Below are positions 30,952 to 45,897 of a stretch of DNA of 64,000 bases, piece after piece; position 1 is the stretch's first letter; each line of letters starts with the position of its first letter. This DNA is from Eledone cirrhosa (Eukaryota). The stretch lies in assembly GCA_964016885.1 (NCBI GenBank), contig OZ024742.1, forward strand, positions 3,720,001 through 3,784,000, in the 5' to 3' direction. Both the position numbers and the translations under genes were made by a program. Below the pieces are notes generated by a model. The model searched no databases, had not been told where the DNA came from, and was given only the letters and a program-made list of their open reading frames with translations.

Positions 30952-30996
30952 AGTCACTGAAGAGGTCACAGAGTGTGTGACGAAAGGACTATGACT
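30952..30996 (+). ncRNA. Type I HHR of Nematis-like pLTR
   Basis: agtca-CTGAAGA-g-gtcaca-gagtg-tgtgac-GAAA-GGAC-TA-tgact. Confidence 0.78.
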
Positions 30997-31289
30997 ATAT
31001 ATAAACAACTATCTGGTTGTGGAACCAACCAACCAACCAGAAATTTATAAGTTTGTAAATTTGTAAATTTATAAATTTATAAATATATAATAAATTGAAG
31101 TGAAAGCAACTGGTGCGTGTGTTTCTTATTGGCAACATGACCCTCCCAAAGTATAACAATATTGGTTTCAACACACGATTTCAGATAAAGAATCTTGCTA
31201 AACAAATTCAGAAACATATTCAGAAATATATATATATACATATATATATACACACATACACAGACATACACACATACATACATATATAC

Positions 31290-31406
<117 letters not shown>

Positions 31407-32118
31407 TGTACACATATACATACATACATATACACATATATACATATATATATATATATTAATATATGTAAATAGTATGTTTACAAATGAGCGCAGAGAG
31501 CAAAGAAGGAGATCGTGTTTAAGGAGATATGTAAACAAACTATTTACATATATTAATTCATCCACTCTTCTACTTGTTTTCACAATATATCCTTAATTAC
31601 ATTACTGTTTTTATTTTTTTTAATAATACATATCAACAATTTCTTTCCATCACACATATTATTAAACCCTTCAATATTCAAACCTTAACTTAATATTATT
31701 CTTAGTACATATTAACAATTTCTTTTCATCGCACATATTAAACCCTTCAATATATAAACCATAATTTAACATTATTCTTAAATTTTTCTCTTCGTTAATT
31801 TTCAAATTCTTTTAATCTATATATTATCTTCCAACGGTTTTTTAACCTCTCTCTGTAAAACAATATATTTTTCTCAGTTATAAAAGCTATCTCTCTCTCT
31901 CTATCACCCATCTCTCCTCCTATCTCATCCTTCCTTATTATACTCCTCCCCCTCCATTCTTTACTCTCATCTCCTCCTCTTTTTCATCCTTTCCAACCCC
32001 CCCGCCCCCGCCTCAATTATTTTCCCAATATCACACATCAATCTAAAACTACTTTTCATATGTTGATTTAAAACTGCACTATTAACAAGTGTTTTTTAAC
32101 CTTCATATCATGTCTCCC

Positions 32119-32189
32119 TATTTTATCTGACGAAAACGCAAATGTCATCGCATGATGATATTAGATTTTGAAATGCGCATAATAAAATA
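32119..32189 (+). ncRNA. Type I HHR in a solo pLTR remnant (~31450-32310)
   Basis: tattttat-CTGACGA-aaacgcaaatgtcatc-gcat-gatgatattagatttt-GAAA-TGCGCA-TA-ataaaata; perfect 8 bp helix I. Confidence 0.85.
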
Positions 32190-32355
32190 CTTGGAACTCT
32201 TTTAACCATCTTTTGATCTTATATATTATTTATACACCAGTCCTACAAACTGTAGAGTGCTACTTATCTGCATTGCTTTATTATACTACAATAAAACTCA
32301 CCTCCTACATATATATATATATTATGATTATGTAATAAACAACATAAGGCAATTA

Positions 32356-32415
32356 TTCCATTTACCAGTGGTTTCTTAAAAGCAAAAGGTTTTGCTTTCA
32401 ATCATCAGAACGGAA
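32356..32415 (-). ncRNA. Type I hammerhead ribozyme
   Basis: ttccgtt-CTGATGA-ttgaaagcaaaaccttttgcttttaa-GAAA-CCACTGG-TA-aatggaa. Confidence 0.85.
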
Positions 32416-32697
32416 AAAGCTGGTTTGTTTATTGAATTTGGATTACAAAACCAAAAATGCAATCTATATGAAAGTGAGGCTGGAGAAGGGAGAAGGAAAG
32501 GAAAAATAAAATAAAACTACGCATGCAAACACGCACACAAAAAAACCCCAAAAGCATACTTACACGCACATACATATATACATATATATATGTACGCATA
32601 CATACATACATATACTCATATATATAAAACGTACACTTACCTACACAAACACATATATACACACATATACACATACATACATTAATACATATACACA

Positions 32698-32740
<43 letters not shown>

Positions 32741-32769
32741 GCGCGCACATATCCACACACATATATATA

Positions 32770-32821
<52 letters not shown>

Positions 32822-33004
32822 CACACATACACATACACACACATACACATGTGTGTGTACGAGCATACACATACACAAGCATAGCCATACACACACACAT
32901 ATATATACACATACATACATTCACACAAACATACAAAACGTACATACATACACATACATGAATGCACTCCTCTACATATTCACACACGCAAATAAATATA
33001 AGAA

Positions 33005-33061
<57 letters not shown>

Positions 33062-33344
33062 CTATATATTTTATTTAAAAAATTTTTGACAGCGATACAT
33101 GACCCAGCTAACAGGACAGACACGCGTGGTAAGTAATACACACAAAAAAGCACGTATACATACGTACGAAATAGTAAACACATACACACACTCTCATACA
33201 TAAATATACATAAACAAATACAAAAACACATACATACACATACATACACAAACACGCACACGTATACATATTAAACACACACACACATGTATATGTAATT
33301 ATATACACACACACATATACATATATATATATATATACATATAC

Positions 33345-33401
<57 letters not shown>

Positions 33402-33406
33402 TATAT

Positions 33407-33445
<39 letters not shown>

Positions 33446-33661
33446 AAAATATAAAAATATAAACGCACACACACACACACACACGCATATACGTAAACAC
33501 ACATATACATACATAGCTAAACAATTATACACATGCAAATACGTATATATCAAAAACACGCACAACCAAAAACAAATACACACACACATATACACACACA
33601 CACAAACACAACCACACACACACATACATAAAAAAATAATAATAAACACACGCACATACAC

Positions 33662-33714
<53 letters not shown>

Positions 33715-34991
33715 TACACACATACGTACATATACACATGTGCATACACATACACACACACATATACATGTGTGTATGTGTAAAACTCAGTATTAGAAAA
33801 GACAAATGAACCTTACATAAACGTATATATAGTAGTAAGGTAATAAAGCAACATAAGGCAATTATTCCATTCACCAGAGGTTTCTTAAAAGCAAAAAATG
33901 TTTCCTTCAGAATGAAAAAAAAGTGAAAAAAACCTGGTTTATCCACATATACATACATATACACACACAAATATACATATAAATACACATACACAAACAC
34001 ACACATATACATATATATATATATATATACACACACATATATACATACACATATACATACATATATATATACACACATATATATACACACAAAAAAATAC
34101 ATACACATACACATAGGTATGTGAAGGGCAAAACAAAAAGAATATATGGGGGGGGGGCTAAGAGGAGGTAAAAATATAAGGGGAGGTAGAAGAGAAAAAT
34201 TTTTTATATATACAAGAGTACAGAAGGTAGAATCAGCAAAATAAAAACCGTAGCAGAAGTGAAGAGCAGAGAAGGAGTTCAAGGCGGTTGATTTATCATA
34301 GGAGTCTCAATCCAGTTACAGATCAGATGCGATTTCAGATGAGGACAGCATCTGAAGATCTCGTTTATGAGGCTAAGATAACGCCAGTTATCAACAACCA
34401 GCCAGCCAGGAGTGAGCGATATGTCGGTATGACCCAGGACAGGTTTAAAACCAGATTTTACTCACATGTCGCTTCTTTTAAGCACTCTGATAAACGAACA
34501 TCAACGGCCCTCGCAAGTAAGGTATGGGATCTCAAGGATAGTAATATCCCGTACTCTATTGATTGGTCTATTTTAGACCATTCGAGGGAGTACCAAAGGG
34601 GCACAAAGGATTTTGCTAAACTTGAGAGCCACTTCCGCTTGCCTTAACTCAAAGACTGAGATCTTCAGATGCTGTCCTCATCTGAAATCGCATCTGATCT
34701 GTAACTGGATTGACACTCCTATGATAAATCAACCGCCTTGAACTCCTTCTCTGCTCTTCACTTCTGCTACGGTTTTTATTTTGCTGATTCTACCTTCTGT
34801 ACTCTTGTATATTTAAAAATGTTTTCTCTCTTACCTCCCCTTATATTTTTACCTCCTCTTAGCCCCCCCCCCCATATATTCTTTTTGTTTTGCCCTTCAC
34901 ATACCTATGTGTATGTGTATGTATTTTTTTGTGTGTATATATATGTGTATATATATATGTATGTATATGTGTATGTATATATGTGTGTGTA

Positions 34992-35074
<83 letters not shown>

Positions 35075-35364
35075 TTGTGTATGTGTATTTATATGTATAT
35101 TTGTGTGTGTATATGTATGTATATGTGGATAAACCAGGTTTTTTTTACTTTTTTTTTCATTCTGAAGACTGAAGGAAACATTTTTTGCTTTTAAGAAACC
35201 TCTGGTGAATGGAATAATTGCCTTATGTTGCTTTATTACCTTACTACTATATATACGTTTATGTAAAGTTCATTTGTCTTTTCTAATACTGAGTTTTACA
35301 CATACACACATGTATATGTGTGTGTGTATGTGTATGCACATGTGTATATGTACGTATGTGTGTA

Positions 35365-35411
<47 letters not shown>

Positions 35412-35628
35412 GTATGTATGTATGTGTATGTGCGTGTGTGTTTATTATTTTTTTATGTATGTGTGTGTGTGGTTGTGTGTGTGTGTATATGTGTGTGTGT
35501 ATTTGTTTTTGGTTGTGCGTGTTTTTGATATATACGTATTTGCATGTGTATAATTGTTTAGCTATGTATGTATATGTGTGTTTACGTATATAAGTGTGTG
35601 TGTGTGTGCGTTTATATTTTTATATTTT

Positions 35629-35671
<43 letters not shown>

Positions 35672-35676
35672 ATATA

Positions 35677-35745
<69 letters not shown>

Positions 35746-36007
35746 ATGTATATGTGTGTGTGTATATAATTACATATACATGTGTGTGTGTGTTTAATAT
35801 GTATACGTGTGCGTGTTTGTGTATGTATGTGTATGTATGTGTTTTTGTATTTGTTTATGTATATTTATGTATGCGAGTGTGTGTATGTGTTTACTATTTC
35901 GTACGTATGTATACGTGCTTTTTTGTGTGTATTACTTACCACGCGTGTCTGTCCTGTTAGCTGGGTCATGTATCGCTGTCAAAAATTTTTAAAATAAAAT
36001 ATATAGA

Positions 36008-36046
<39 letters not shown>

Positions 36047-36302
36047 TTTTCTTATATTTATTTGCGTGTGTGAATATGTAGAGGAGTGCATTCATGTATG
36101 TGTATGTATGTACGTTTTGTATGTTTGTGTGAATGTATGTATGTGTATATATATGTGTATGTGTATGGCTATGTTTGTGTATGTGTATGCTTGTACACAC
36201 ACGTGTGTATGTGTGTGTATGTGTATGTGTGTATATGTATATGTATGTATATATATATATATATATATATGTACATATATATATGTGTGTGGATATGTGC
36301 GC

Positions 36303-36335
<33 letters not shown>

Positions 36336-36625
36336 TGCGCGTGTGTGTATATGTATTAATGTATGTATGTGTATATGTGTGTATATATGTGTTTGTGTAG
36401 GTAAGTGTACGTTTTATATATATGTGTATATGTATGTATGTATGCGTACATATATATATGTATATATGTATGTGTGTGTAAGTATGCTTTTGGGGGTTTT
36501 TTGTGTGTGTGTTTGCATGCGTAGTTTTATTTTATTTTTCCTTTCCTTCTCCCTTCTCCAGCCTCACTTTCATATAGATTGCATTTTTGGTTTTGTAATC
36601 CAAATTCAATAAACAAACCAGCTTT

Positions 36626-36684
36626 TTCCGTTCTGATGATTGAAAGCAAAATCTTTTGCTTTAAGAAACCACTGGTAAATGGAA
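36626..36684 (+). ncRNA. Type I hammerhead ribozyme
   Basis: Inverted partner of 32356-32415, canonical core. Confidence 0.85.
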
Positions 36685-37170
36685 TAATTGCCTTATGTTG
36701 TTTATTACATAATAATAATAATTAAGCTCTGTTGCCTACATAGAGCACTCTTTTTTCCTGGACTTTTCCGATGGAATTACTTCATTCATATTTACACATA
36801 TATATATATATATATACATAAATATATATATATATATATATATGGAAAGTTATATTTAAATTGTTGGGTTACAACTAGTAAATATTAATAACTGATATAA
36901 AAGCACTCGACAAGTATTTGGAGTATATTTACGATATTAAATAAATGGAAACTATATTTATAAAACCATGTTTATTTCATTATATATATTTCAGGGATAT
37001 CATATTAATATAGTTTCCATTTATTTAATATCGTAAATATACTCCAAATACTTGTCGAGTGCTTTTATATCAGTTATTAATATTTACTAGTTGTAACCCA
37101 ACAATTTAAATATAACTTTCCATGTATCTTGCTCCAATACTGTTGAGCGCTTTATATTATAACTGAAAAA

Positions 37171-39394
37171 ATGGAATTCTTTAAGATTACTTCCTCTTTA
37201 AAAGACATACCTCTACCTAGAAACAAAGACTTTATAAAAAAATTAATAGATAAATCTGACTCTTTTATAAGGAGAATTAGGTGGCGAGCATTCCACTTTG
37301 ATAAATCTAATATAAATGAAAATGTCTTTGGACTTAAACAAAGTTTTCAAATCTAAAAGAAATCCACCCCCTAACAAACTTTTATCTGACTTTGAAAACG
37401 ATATAATTTCTATCATACAAGGGGTCAAATTCAAGAGAAACTTCAAAGGCCAGGAATATCTGAAAGCCATTAAGGATAATATTGAGAGCTTAGAGAAAAC
37501 TGAGAAGATCTTGGTGAAATCTGACAAGACCAACAACCTCTATGGAGTGCAGAAAGACATGTATAATGGCCTCATACTGAAGGAACTGAGGAAAAAGTAC
37601 AAGGTAGCAGATAAGGCCGAGCTGGAGAAAATGAATGTCGAAGCATCTTGTATAATGCACGAGTTGGAAATTGAGAACAGAACACAACCTTTCGTGCCCA
37701 GGAAACCGAAGATCAATATGAAAGATCACAAGAGGAATTTTGAAAATGACTTGCCAGTTAGATTGATCGCACCATCAAAATCGGACCTGGGCAAATTAAG
37801 CAAAAACATTCTTGACAGGGTGATACAGCAAATTAAGAACTTGGATTGTTTATCTAACCTGAGCTTGTGGAAGGGAACTGGAGAGGTTGTTGAGTGGTTT
37901 AAGCAAATTAAATATAACAATAATAATAAGTTTATTCAACTTGATATTGCTAACTATTATTCTTCTATTACCCCTAATCTACTAAATAAGGCACTAAATT
38001 ACGCATTCAAACATACAGACCTAACTAGCAATGAAATGCATATTATATTATCGGCTAGGAAAACATTGATAGAATTTAATGACCAACTATGGACCAGAGC
38101 AGATAGAGATAGCAATTTTGACATTACTATGGGATCATCTGACTCAGCTCAGGTAACTGACCTTGTGGGCTTATTTTTAATCAATTCGCTACATAGGAAA
38201 ATATCTGGTACTACCGGAGGTTTATATAGAGATGACATGCTTTTACTTATTGATAATAATAACTCTGAACTAAATAGAAAATGTAAACAAATTACACAAT
38301 TTTTTAATTACTTTAATCTTAAAATAGAAATTGAGAACAACCATAGAATAGTCAATTTCCTAGATATAACATTAAATCTCAACACATGTCTTCACTATCC
38401 TTTTCAAAAGTTGAATGAAAACTTAAACTATGTCAGCTTTAACTCTAACCACCCCAGATCTGTCAAAAACACTATAGTAAACTCTGTTCAAAAACGTATC
38501 TCTAGAATCTCGTCTAATCGAAAGATTTTCGACGAAAAAGCCCAGTACTACAATGAAGCGTTAGCTAGAGCAGGATATACTGATAAGATTATGTACATAG
38601 ATAATGATAGACAAACTAAACAAAATAACAACTATTTTAATTACGGCAACAACCTTAACAACTATAATAGAAAGCATTACAATAATTCCAAGGGCCAAAA
38701 AAGAAATAGAACTAGGAACATAATTTGGTTTGCCCCCCCCCCCCCCCCTTTCTCACTAAACATTAAAACCCACATCGCTAAACTATTTTTTAAAGCTCTT
38801 GATAATCGCTTCCCTAGAACACATAGGTATCACTCAATTTTCAATAGACATACTATAAAATTAACCTACTCATCCACCAAAAATTTAGCACAAAATATTA
38901 ATAGAATAAATAATAGGAACTTAAAACCTAGTGATAATAGCATAAATAATATACAAGTTAACAAATGTAACTGTAGAGATAGATCTAAATGTCCGTTAAA
39001 TAACAACTGCTTAGTTAAAAATATAGTATACAATTGTAATGTTAAAACTGATTCTAATTCTTTTAACTACGTCGGTTCCACATCGACGGAATTTAAACTT
39101 CGCTATAATAACCACAAGAATTCTTTCACAGATCCAAGCAAAAAATCTTCAACGGCACTATCAGGCGTACTCTGGCAACTTAAGCTAGATAACGTTAGAT
39201 ATTCGACGGCTTGGAATATAGTCTCAAGAGGGATTCCTTTTAATTCATCCTCTGAGACATGTGACCTCTGCGCAGAGGAGATATTCTTTATACTAAAATC
39301 TAAAAATTCCCTTAATCTACGGACAAATTTATTCAGTTGCTGCAAACATAGATTAAACTCAACTTTTAAATATAAATTTAAATTTAAAATGTAG
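37171..39394 (+). pseudogene. PLE RT + GIY-YIG endonuclease ORF with one frameshift near 37335
   Basis: N-terminus SLKDIPLP...RRIRWRAFHF (37171 frame) continues in the 37316 frame: KSDKTNN, KDHK, LDIANYYSSI, ITMGS, LYRDDML, NFLDITLNL, linker CNCRDRSKCPLNNNC, EN IVY...YVGST...FKLRYNNH, CDLC. Confidence 0.9.
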
Positions 39395-40712
39395 TATATT
39401 TAGTTTGATTTATAATTATTTGGGAAACTAGCCGATAAATCTTTCGATTTCTTCTTTTTATTCTTCTTTTTATTTTTATTTTTATTTAAACATTCTTCAT
39501 GAAAAATTAAACTACCCTAAAAGTTGATGCTCCAAATATTTCGAATAAACGTTACACTAGATAAACTTCTATATTAAATATAAGAACACATGTAGACCAA
39601 ATGGGCATCCTAAACTTTTTGAAATGATTTTTGCTAGATGCGATTTGATAAATAATTTTTAGCTTTATCTGTTTTCGACTCTGATGCTTATAATGAACTT
39701 GGCAATATATTGTCAATTAATTTTGAAGGGTTGATCTTTGTGGTTTATTTTTATTATTGTAGTATTTTCTAATATTTTTATTTTTAATATGTAATATTTT
39801 TTCGTAATATTTTTTAGTTTTCTATTTTATTATTATTTATTTATTATTATTATTATTATTGTTGTTGTTTTTTGGTTTTTGTTTCTGATATATTTGTTAT
39901 TAATATATTGAAATCTGCTCTCTATTTCTGCTTGATAGATAATCTTGTAGAGTAAAGACAAGAATAGTAGTAATATAGACTCTATATATATATGTGTATA
40001 TATATACGCATATGTGTATACTTAAATTTTTATAGCACAATGAGAATGTTTTTTCCGTGTGAACTTAGGGTTTGCAGAGTTGATCATGTAAATTCACATC
40101 GATGTTTGTAGTTATCATATAAACATATGAATTTTTTAAAACTAAACATAAGATCATTACTTTTCACACATTATGGATACGTGTCTCATTCAGGAATACT
40201 GATATTTTCAATATAGTGCCTGGTTTTTATACATATTAATACTTCTACATTAAAACATAGGGTTTTTATGCCTCGCCTATGTCTGGTTACTTTTCATTTT
40301 TCTCTATATATAACAGCTGGTTTCTCTCCTAACCACATATATCTCCCTTACATTAATACTAGAGCTAAATAAATAAATAAATAAATAAATGTATAATTGA
40401 TACGTTTACTCAACGGATGTCCAACTACATATTTTTCTATATATATATCTAACTCTATCTATTTCCTCTCTCTATATATATCTCTCTCTGTTTCTTTACA
40501 TGAAGTTCTTCTCTTTATCTATCTTTCCATCTCTCTATTTTGTTCCATGCATTTCTTCTTTTTCTTCTTTTTCTTCGTTTTCTGTCTTTCTTTCCTTTTT
40601 TCTCTTTCTTTCTTTCTGTTTACAATTTTTTCACTGCCAATTCAACTTTTCAAATACAAGTCGATGTTGTACGGTATGTTAAATCTATTTATCTATAAAA
40701 CTGTTTATATTG

Positions 40713-40778
40713 TATTTTGTCTGAGGAAGGCATAGCATATTGTTAATATGATATCCCTGAAATATATATAATGAAATA
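40713..40778 (+). ncRNA. Type I hammerhead ribozyme
   Basis: tattttgt-CTGAGGA-aggcatagcatatt-gtt-aatatgatatccct-GAAA-TATATA-TA-atgaaata. Helix II sequence differs from 5106-5170 but still pairs. Confidence 0.85.
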
Positions 40779-40818
40779 AATATGGTTTTATAAATATAGT
40801 TTCCATTTATTTAATATC

Positions 40819-40893
<75 letters not shown>

Positions 40894-41045
40894 CATATAT
40901 ACACACATTCATACATATATACATATGTATACATATATACACACAAATACACAAACGTACACACACATACACAAATATATATATATATACACAAACATGC
41001 ACATGCCTACATATATACATAAATACATATACACACATACATATT

Positions 41046-41502
41046 GTGGCTGCCAACTCGTTTTCGAGTACGGCCACTACTTTATATCCATGTAGGAGAA
41101 CCCCTACCGATGCGCTAAACGAGTGTGACGTTTTAGTCCAGCCAGCGACTTGAAAACTCTGGTACAAACAATACACTTGTCACAATTATTGACACATAGT
41201 GCTGGGCCCATGGTACCATGTGACGACAAGTGCAGAGAGATCTCCAGATATAAATCAATGCCTGTGCCGTGAAGCTTTTATAGTGAGCAAAGGCACTGCA
41301 CAAAGCCACTCTCTTAACCAAGATGATATTTACCAAAAAGACGAACAAGTCAACATCATTGGATACATTCAGGGTTGCAGGTGTTATATCAGAGTTTTTC
41401 TTCTAGAATTCTGCCTTTACAAAGGCTAAGGGGTCATCTCTCCCGGTGATTTCTGATGGCCATTGACTCTTAAGAGCTCCTTTGCCCTTTGACAGGTTTT
41501 GT
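41046..41502 (-). mobile_element. RTE-derived element inserted in a PLE 3' UTR arm
   Basis: Same family; absent from the mirror arm. Confidence 0.65.
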
Positions 41503-41936
41503 CATATACACAAATATATACACCCATTATATATACATATATATATATACATATATATATAAATATATATATAAAAAATAAATACATACACAGATATATA
41601 CACATATACATACATACACATACATAATACATACATATACACATACACACATACATACATATATATATATATACATATATATATATACATATACATATAT
41701 ATACATATACATATATATATATATATATACATATATACATATATATACACACATATACATACACATACATATACATACATATACACATATACACACATAC
41801 ACAAATACATACATATACACACATATACATATATATATATACACACACACACATATATATATAAATATATATATATATACATATATATATATACATATAT
41901 ATACATATACACACATATACACATATATATATATAC

Positions 41937-41999
<63 letters not shown>

Positions 42000-42006
42000 T
42001 ATACAT

Positions 42007-42417
42007 ATGGTGGCTGCCAACTCGTTTTCGAGTACGCCCACTACTTTATATCCGTGTAGGAGAACCCCTACCGATGCGCTGAACGAGTGTGACTTTTTAG
42101 TCCAGCCAGCGACTTGAAAACTCTGGTACAGACACTACACTTGTGACAATTATTGACACATAGTGCTGGGCCCATGGTACCATGTGATGACAAGTGCAGA
42201 GAGATCTCCAGATATAAAGTAATGCCTGTGCCATGAAGCTTTTATAGTGAGCAAAGGCACTGGACAAAGCCAGTCCCACTCTCTTAACCAAGATGATATT
42301 TACCAAAAAGAAGAACAAGTCAACATCATTGGATACCATCAGGGTTGCAGGTGTTATATCAGAGTTTTCCTTCTCCTAGAATTCTGCCTTGACAAAGGCT
42401 AAGGGGTCATCTCTCCC
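42007..42417 (-). mobile_element. RTE-derived element inserted in a PLE 3' UTR arm
   Basis: Same family; absent from the mirror arm. Confidence 0.65.
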
Positions 42418-44324
42418 ATATATACATATACACACATATATACATACATATACACACACATACACATACATACACATACATACATATATATATATATACA
42501 AATAATTACTCATAAATATACGCATATACACAGGCATATAAAAGCAGCTCTAAAGGCAGAAAATGCAGATAGGTACGAGGTACTCACATAACCATAGTGG
42601 CTGTATTTCAGGTTGAGGAGGGGTGGGGTGAGGTGGAAAGCAGGTAGACGGGCTAAAAGGAGGAAGTCGTTTTTAGCCATCGGGCATTAACACTGGCTTA
42701 AGGTATTTGAAAGTTGCTAAGTTCTTGTGAATGCAGTTCGGGCAGTGTTCAGAGAGTTTGTGCAGTAGCAGGCCCTTGGCGAATAAAATGTTATAGCTCT
42801 CTGAGATACAAAGTTCGTAGCCCTTGTGTCCTCCGTTCTAAGAGCGCGCTTTCTGGAGTATTTTCCATTTAAGCGTGAAGGGGGTGGAGTTCATTTTGAG
42901 GTCCCAAACATAGGGGGCGAGTGTTGTCTGGTTTGATTTGTCCGGTCTTCTGAAGGAGTGGGTATGGGCATACCAACGGGTCTTAAAGTTATTGGAAGTC
43001 ATGCCGATGTAAGTCTTTTTGTTATTGCAATCATCGGTGCCTGAGATAACATCGCATTTATATACGATATCATTTGTCAGGCATTTGTTTTCAAGTGGGC
43101 AGGCTTCCTTATTTAGGCAATTACACAAGGCCCCAGTCCGCGGATTGGGTTCGGAGGTGGTTGGCTTATTTAATTTCTTAGAATTGTGGTTGGCTATATT
43201 CCTAGCTAGGTTAGGTGTGGTGGAGTAGGAGAGTCTTATTGTGTTCTTATTAAAGATGGTGTAGTGCCTATGTTCTATCGGGAAGTGTGTTTTCAGCAAA
43301 TTGAAGAAAATCCTAGCTATCGATGTAGAGACCTCTGTATTGAAGGGAGCGTTGTACCAGCTAATCTGCCTATGCCTATTCATACTCTGCAAACTTGCGG
43401 TGGTTTCTAGGTAGGTTATCTTTTCTTTAAATCCGCTGCGGGCGAGGGCGTCATTGTAGTAGGAGGCAGAGGCCTTAAAATATCTTCGTTGGCAGAGAGG
43501 CCAGAGATTCTAATAGAGACGCTAAGTTATCAGTGATGTTTTGGGGATGGTTAGAATTACCATTAATATATCTAAGGGATTCGTTAGGTTTGTGGTACGG
43601 GTAACAGCGGGAAATATCTAGGTTGAGAGTGACATCTAAGCAGATGCCCTAGTCACATTAGATTCTATAGTTATACTAAATCCTAGATTAGAGAAGAACG
43701 AGCTTAAGTTTCTCCGAAACCCATCGGTGGTTCTGGGGTTAACCTTGTGCAGGGCAAAGAGGCCGTTGTCTCGGTATAAACCTCCGGTTAGGCCGGTAAA
43801 GCGGTTCTTCAGGGGATGTAAAATGTACAAGCCCACAAGATCGCTAATTTCAGCCGAGTCACTCGCTCCAATGCTGCCGTCAAATGGGGCCTGAGACTTC
43901 TTGTTGATCCAGTAAGATCCATCGTGGTATAGAAAGGTCTTACGGGCGTGGAGGATAACATCTTGCTCAGCATCGGTAATGGTGGTAAAATTCCTGGCAA
44001 AGGTAATTGCGTCCTCCAGGAGGCAATTAAGGTGTTTGCAACTTTCAAATACCTTAATCCAGTGTTAATGCCCGATGGCTAAAGACGACTTCCTCCTTTT
44101 AGCCCCTCTACCTCATTTCCGTCCCACCTCACCCCTCCTCAACCTGAAATACGGCCACTATGGTTTCTGCCTGTAGAGCTGCTTTTATGTGCCTGTGTAT
44201 ATGCGTATATTTATCAGTACTTATTTGTATATATATATATATATATATAAGTATGTATGTGTATGTATGTGTATGTGTGTGTATATGCATATATGTGCAT
44301 ATATGTATATATATATGTGTATAT

Positions 44325-44442
<118 letters not shown>

Positions 44443-44517
44443 ATATGTGTGTATATGTATATATATATATATAAATATATATATATGTGTATATATATGT
44501 ATGTATATATGTATATA

Positions 44518-44566
<49 letters not shown>

Positions 44567-44677
44567 ATGTGTATATATATGTATATGTGTGTATATGTAT
44601 GTATTTGTGTATGTCTGTATATGTGTATATGTATGTATATGTATGTGTATATATATGTATATATATATATGTGTGTA

Positions 44678-44720
<43 letters not shown>

Positions 44721-44721
44721 G

Positions 44722-44787
<66 letters not shown>

Positions 44788-45198
44788 AGTGTGTATGTGT
44801 ATATGTATGTATGTGTATGTATGTATATGTGTATATATCTGTGTATGTATTTATTTTTTATATATGTATTTATATATATATATATGTATATATATGTATA
44901 TATATGGGTGTATATATGTGTGTATATGTATGTGTGTATATGTATTTATGTATATATGTAGGTATGTGAATGTTTGTGTATATATATGCGTGTATATATA
45001 TATTCGTATATGTGTGTGTACGTGTGTGTATATGTGTGTATATATGTATATATATATGTATATATGTATGTATGTGTATATATATATATAGAGAGAAAAT
45101 TGAGGTTGGTAATGGCACATGGAATATATAAGAGACAGGATACTTTTTTGTGAAAAAACATATAATTTTATAAGGTAAGGAAATAATAAAGGGTATAA

Positions 45199-45246
45199 AA
45201 AATGACCGGTTTCGATGGGTCTGCAAAAGCCATCTTTTCAAATGTT
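45199..45246 (-). ncRNA. HHR-like motif, U3-A8 core, weak helix I
   Basis: aacat-TTGAAAA-gatgg...ccatc-GAAA-CCGG-TC-atttt. Confidence 0.6.
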
Positions 45247-45897
45247 GATTAATATTAAGAAAAATTAATAATAAGAAGAGTTAAAATTTGAGATTTGAAA
45301 ATTTAACTCAAATATGAAGAAGACTTTAAAAGGACGCACCAAACAGGTAACCCCTTTATAATGCATTTGAACATAACAAGAACTACAACAGACACATTTA
45401 CACCACCAAACCCAACACACACTAACCACAGGCACATCCCCCATCAACACAAACCAAATACGGCCAACTACACCAAAAGAAACACACCCAACCACCACAA
45501 CACAGGTTTCCGTAGAAATGCCCCCTACATAAACCAACGACGAAATAACATAGATCCAACTCACAACACACACCACATTCCTCAGAAGAAATCCACCCAG
45601 ACCACTTGAAATCACAACAGAACTTACCCACAACCACACCAGACATCACCCTCAATCCAACAAAAGACAACCCCCCAACCTCAACACTCTGTACCACAGA
45701 AATAACGCACCCAGACCACATGAACCAACAACAGAACCCTTGCTCATCAACAACCACAACACATACCACCCCCACCATCACATTCACCCTCATGAAACAA
45801 CAAGCTACAGACCCACACGCAACAGACCAACAAAATATAATCACACACAAAACTACATTCCTTTTTTAGGGAAAAGCCTGAAATACCAGGATACTCG

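Larger units (their letters stand above)
30637..31225. mobile_element. Inverted pair of Nematis-like pLTRs, no RT
   Basis: Arms 30637-30845 and 30953-31163, each with an HHR; the tail contains the ORF start [10 protein letters not shown]. Confidence 0.85.
32321..36795. mobile_element. Hydra-like PLE 3' end as a ~2 kb-arm head-to-head inversion
   Basis: Arms 32321-34362 and 34658-36720 are reverse complements. The spacer encodes a GIY-YIG piece (VYEAKI...YVGMTQDRFKTRFYSH...LASKVWDLK). Each arm has one intact and one decayed HHR. Confidence 0.85.
36842..40820 (+). mobile_element. Near full-length PLE, Hydra-clade-like, with inverted 5' pseudo-LTR
   Basis: Inverted pLTR hairpin 36842-37122, RT+GIY-YIG ORF, about 1.4 kb 3' UTR, HHR at 40713-40778, (TA)n on both flanks. 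Confidence 0.9.

Noticed and set aside
37316-37356. Programmed frameshift between the 37171 and 37316 frames
   Set aside because: PLEs normally have one ORF; no clear slippery site with downstream structure. A 1 bp indel or sequencing error is simpler.
42838-42840. In-frame stop in the EN region as possible readthrough
   Set aside because: TAG at a Tyr/Phe position in an element with many other lesions.
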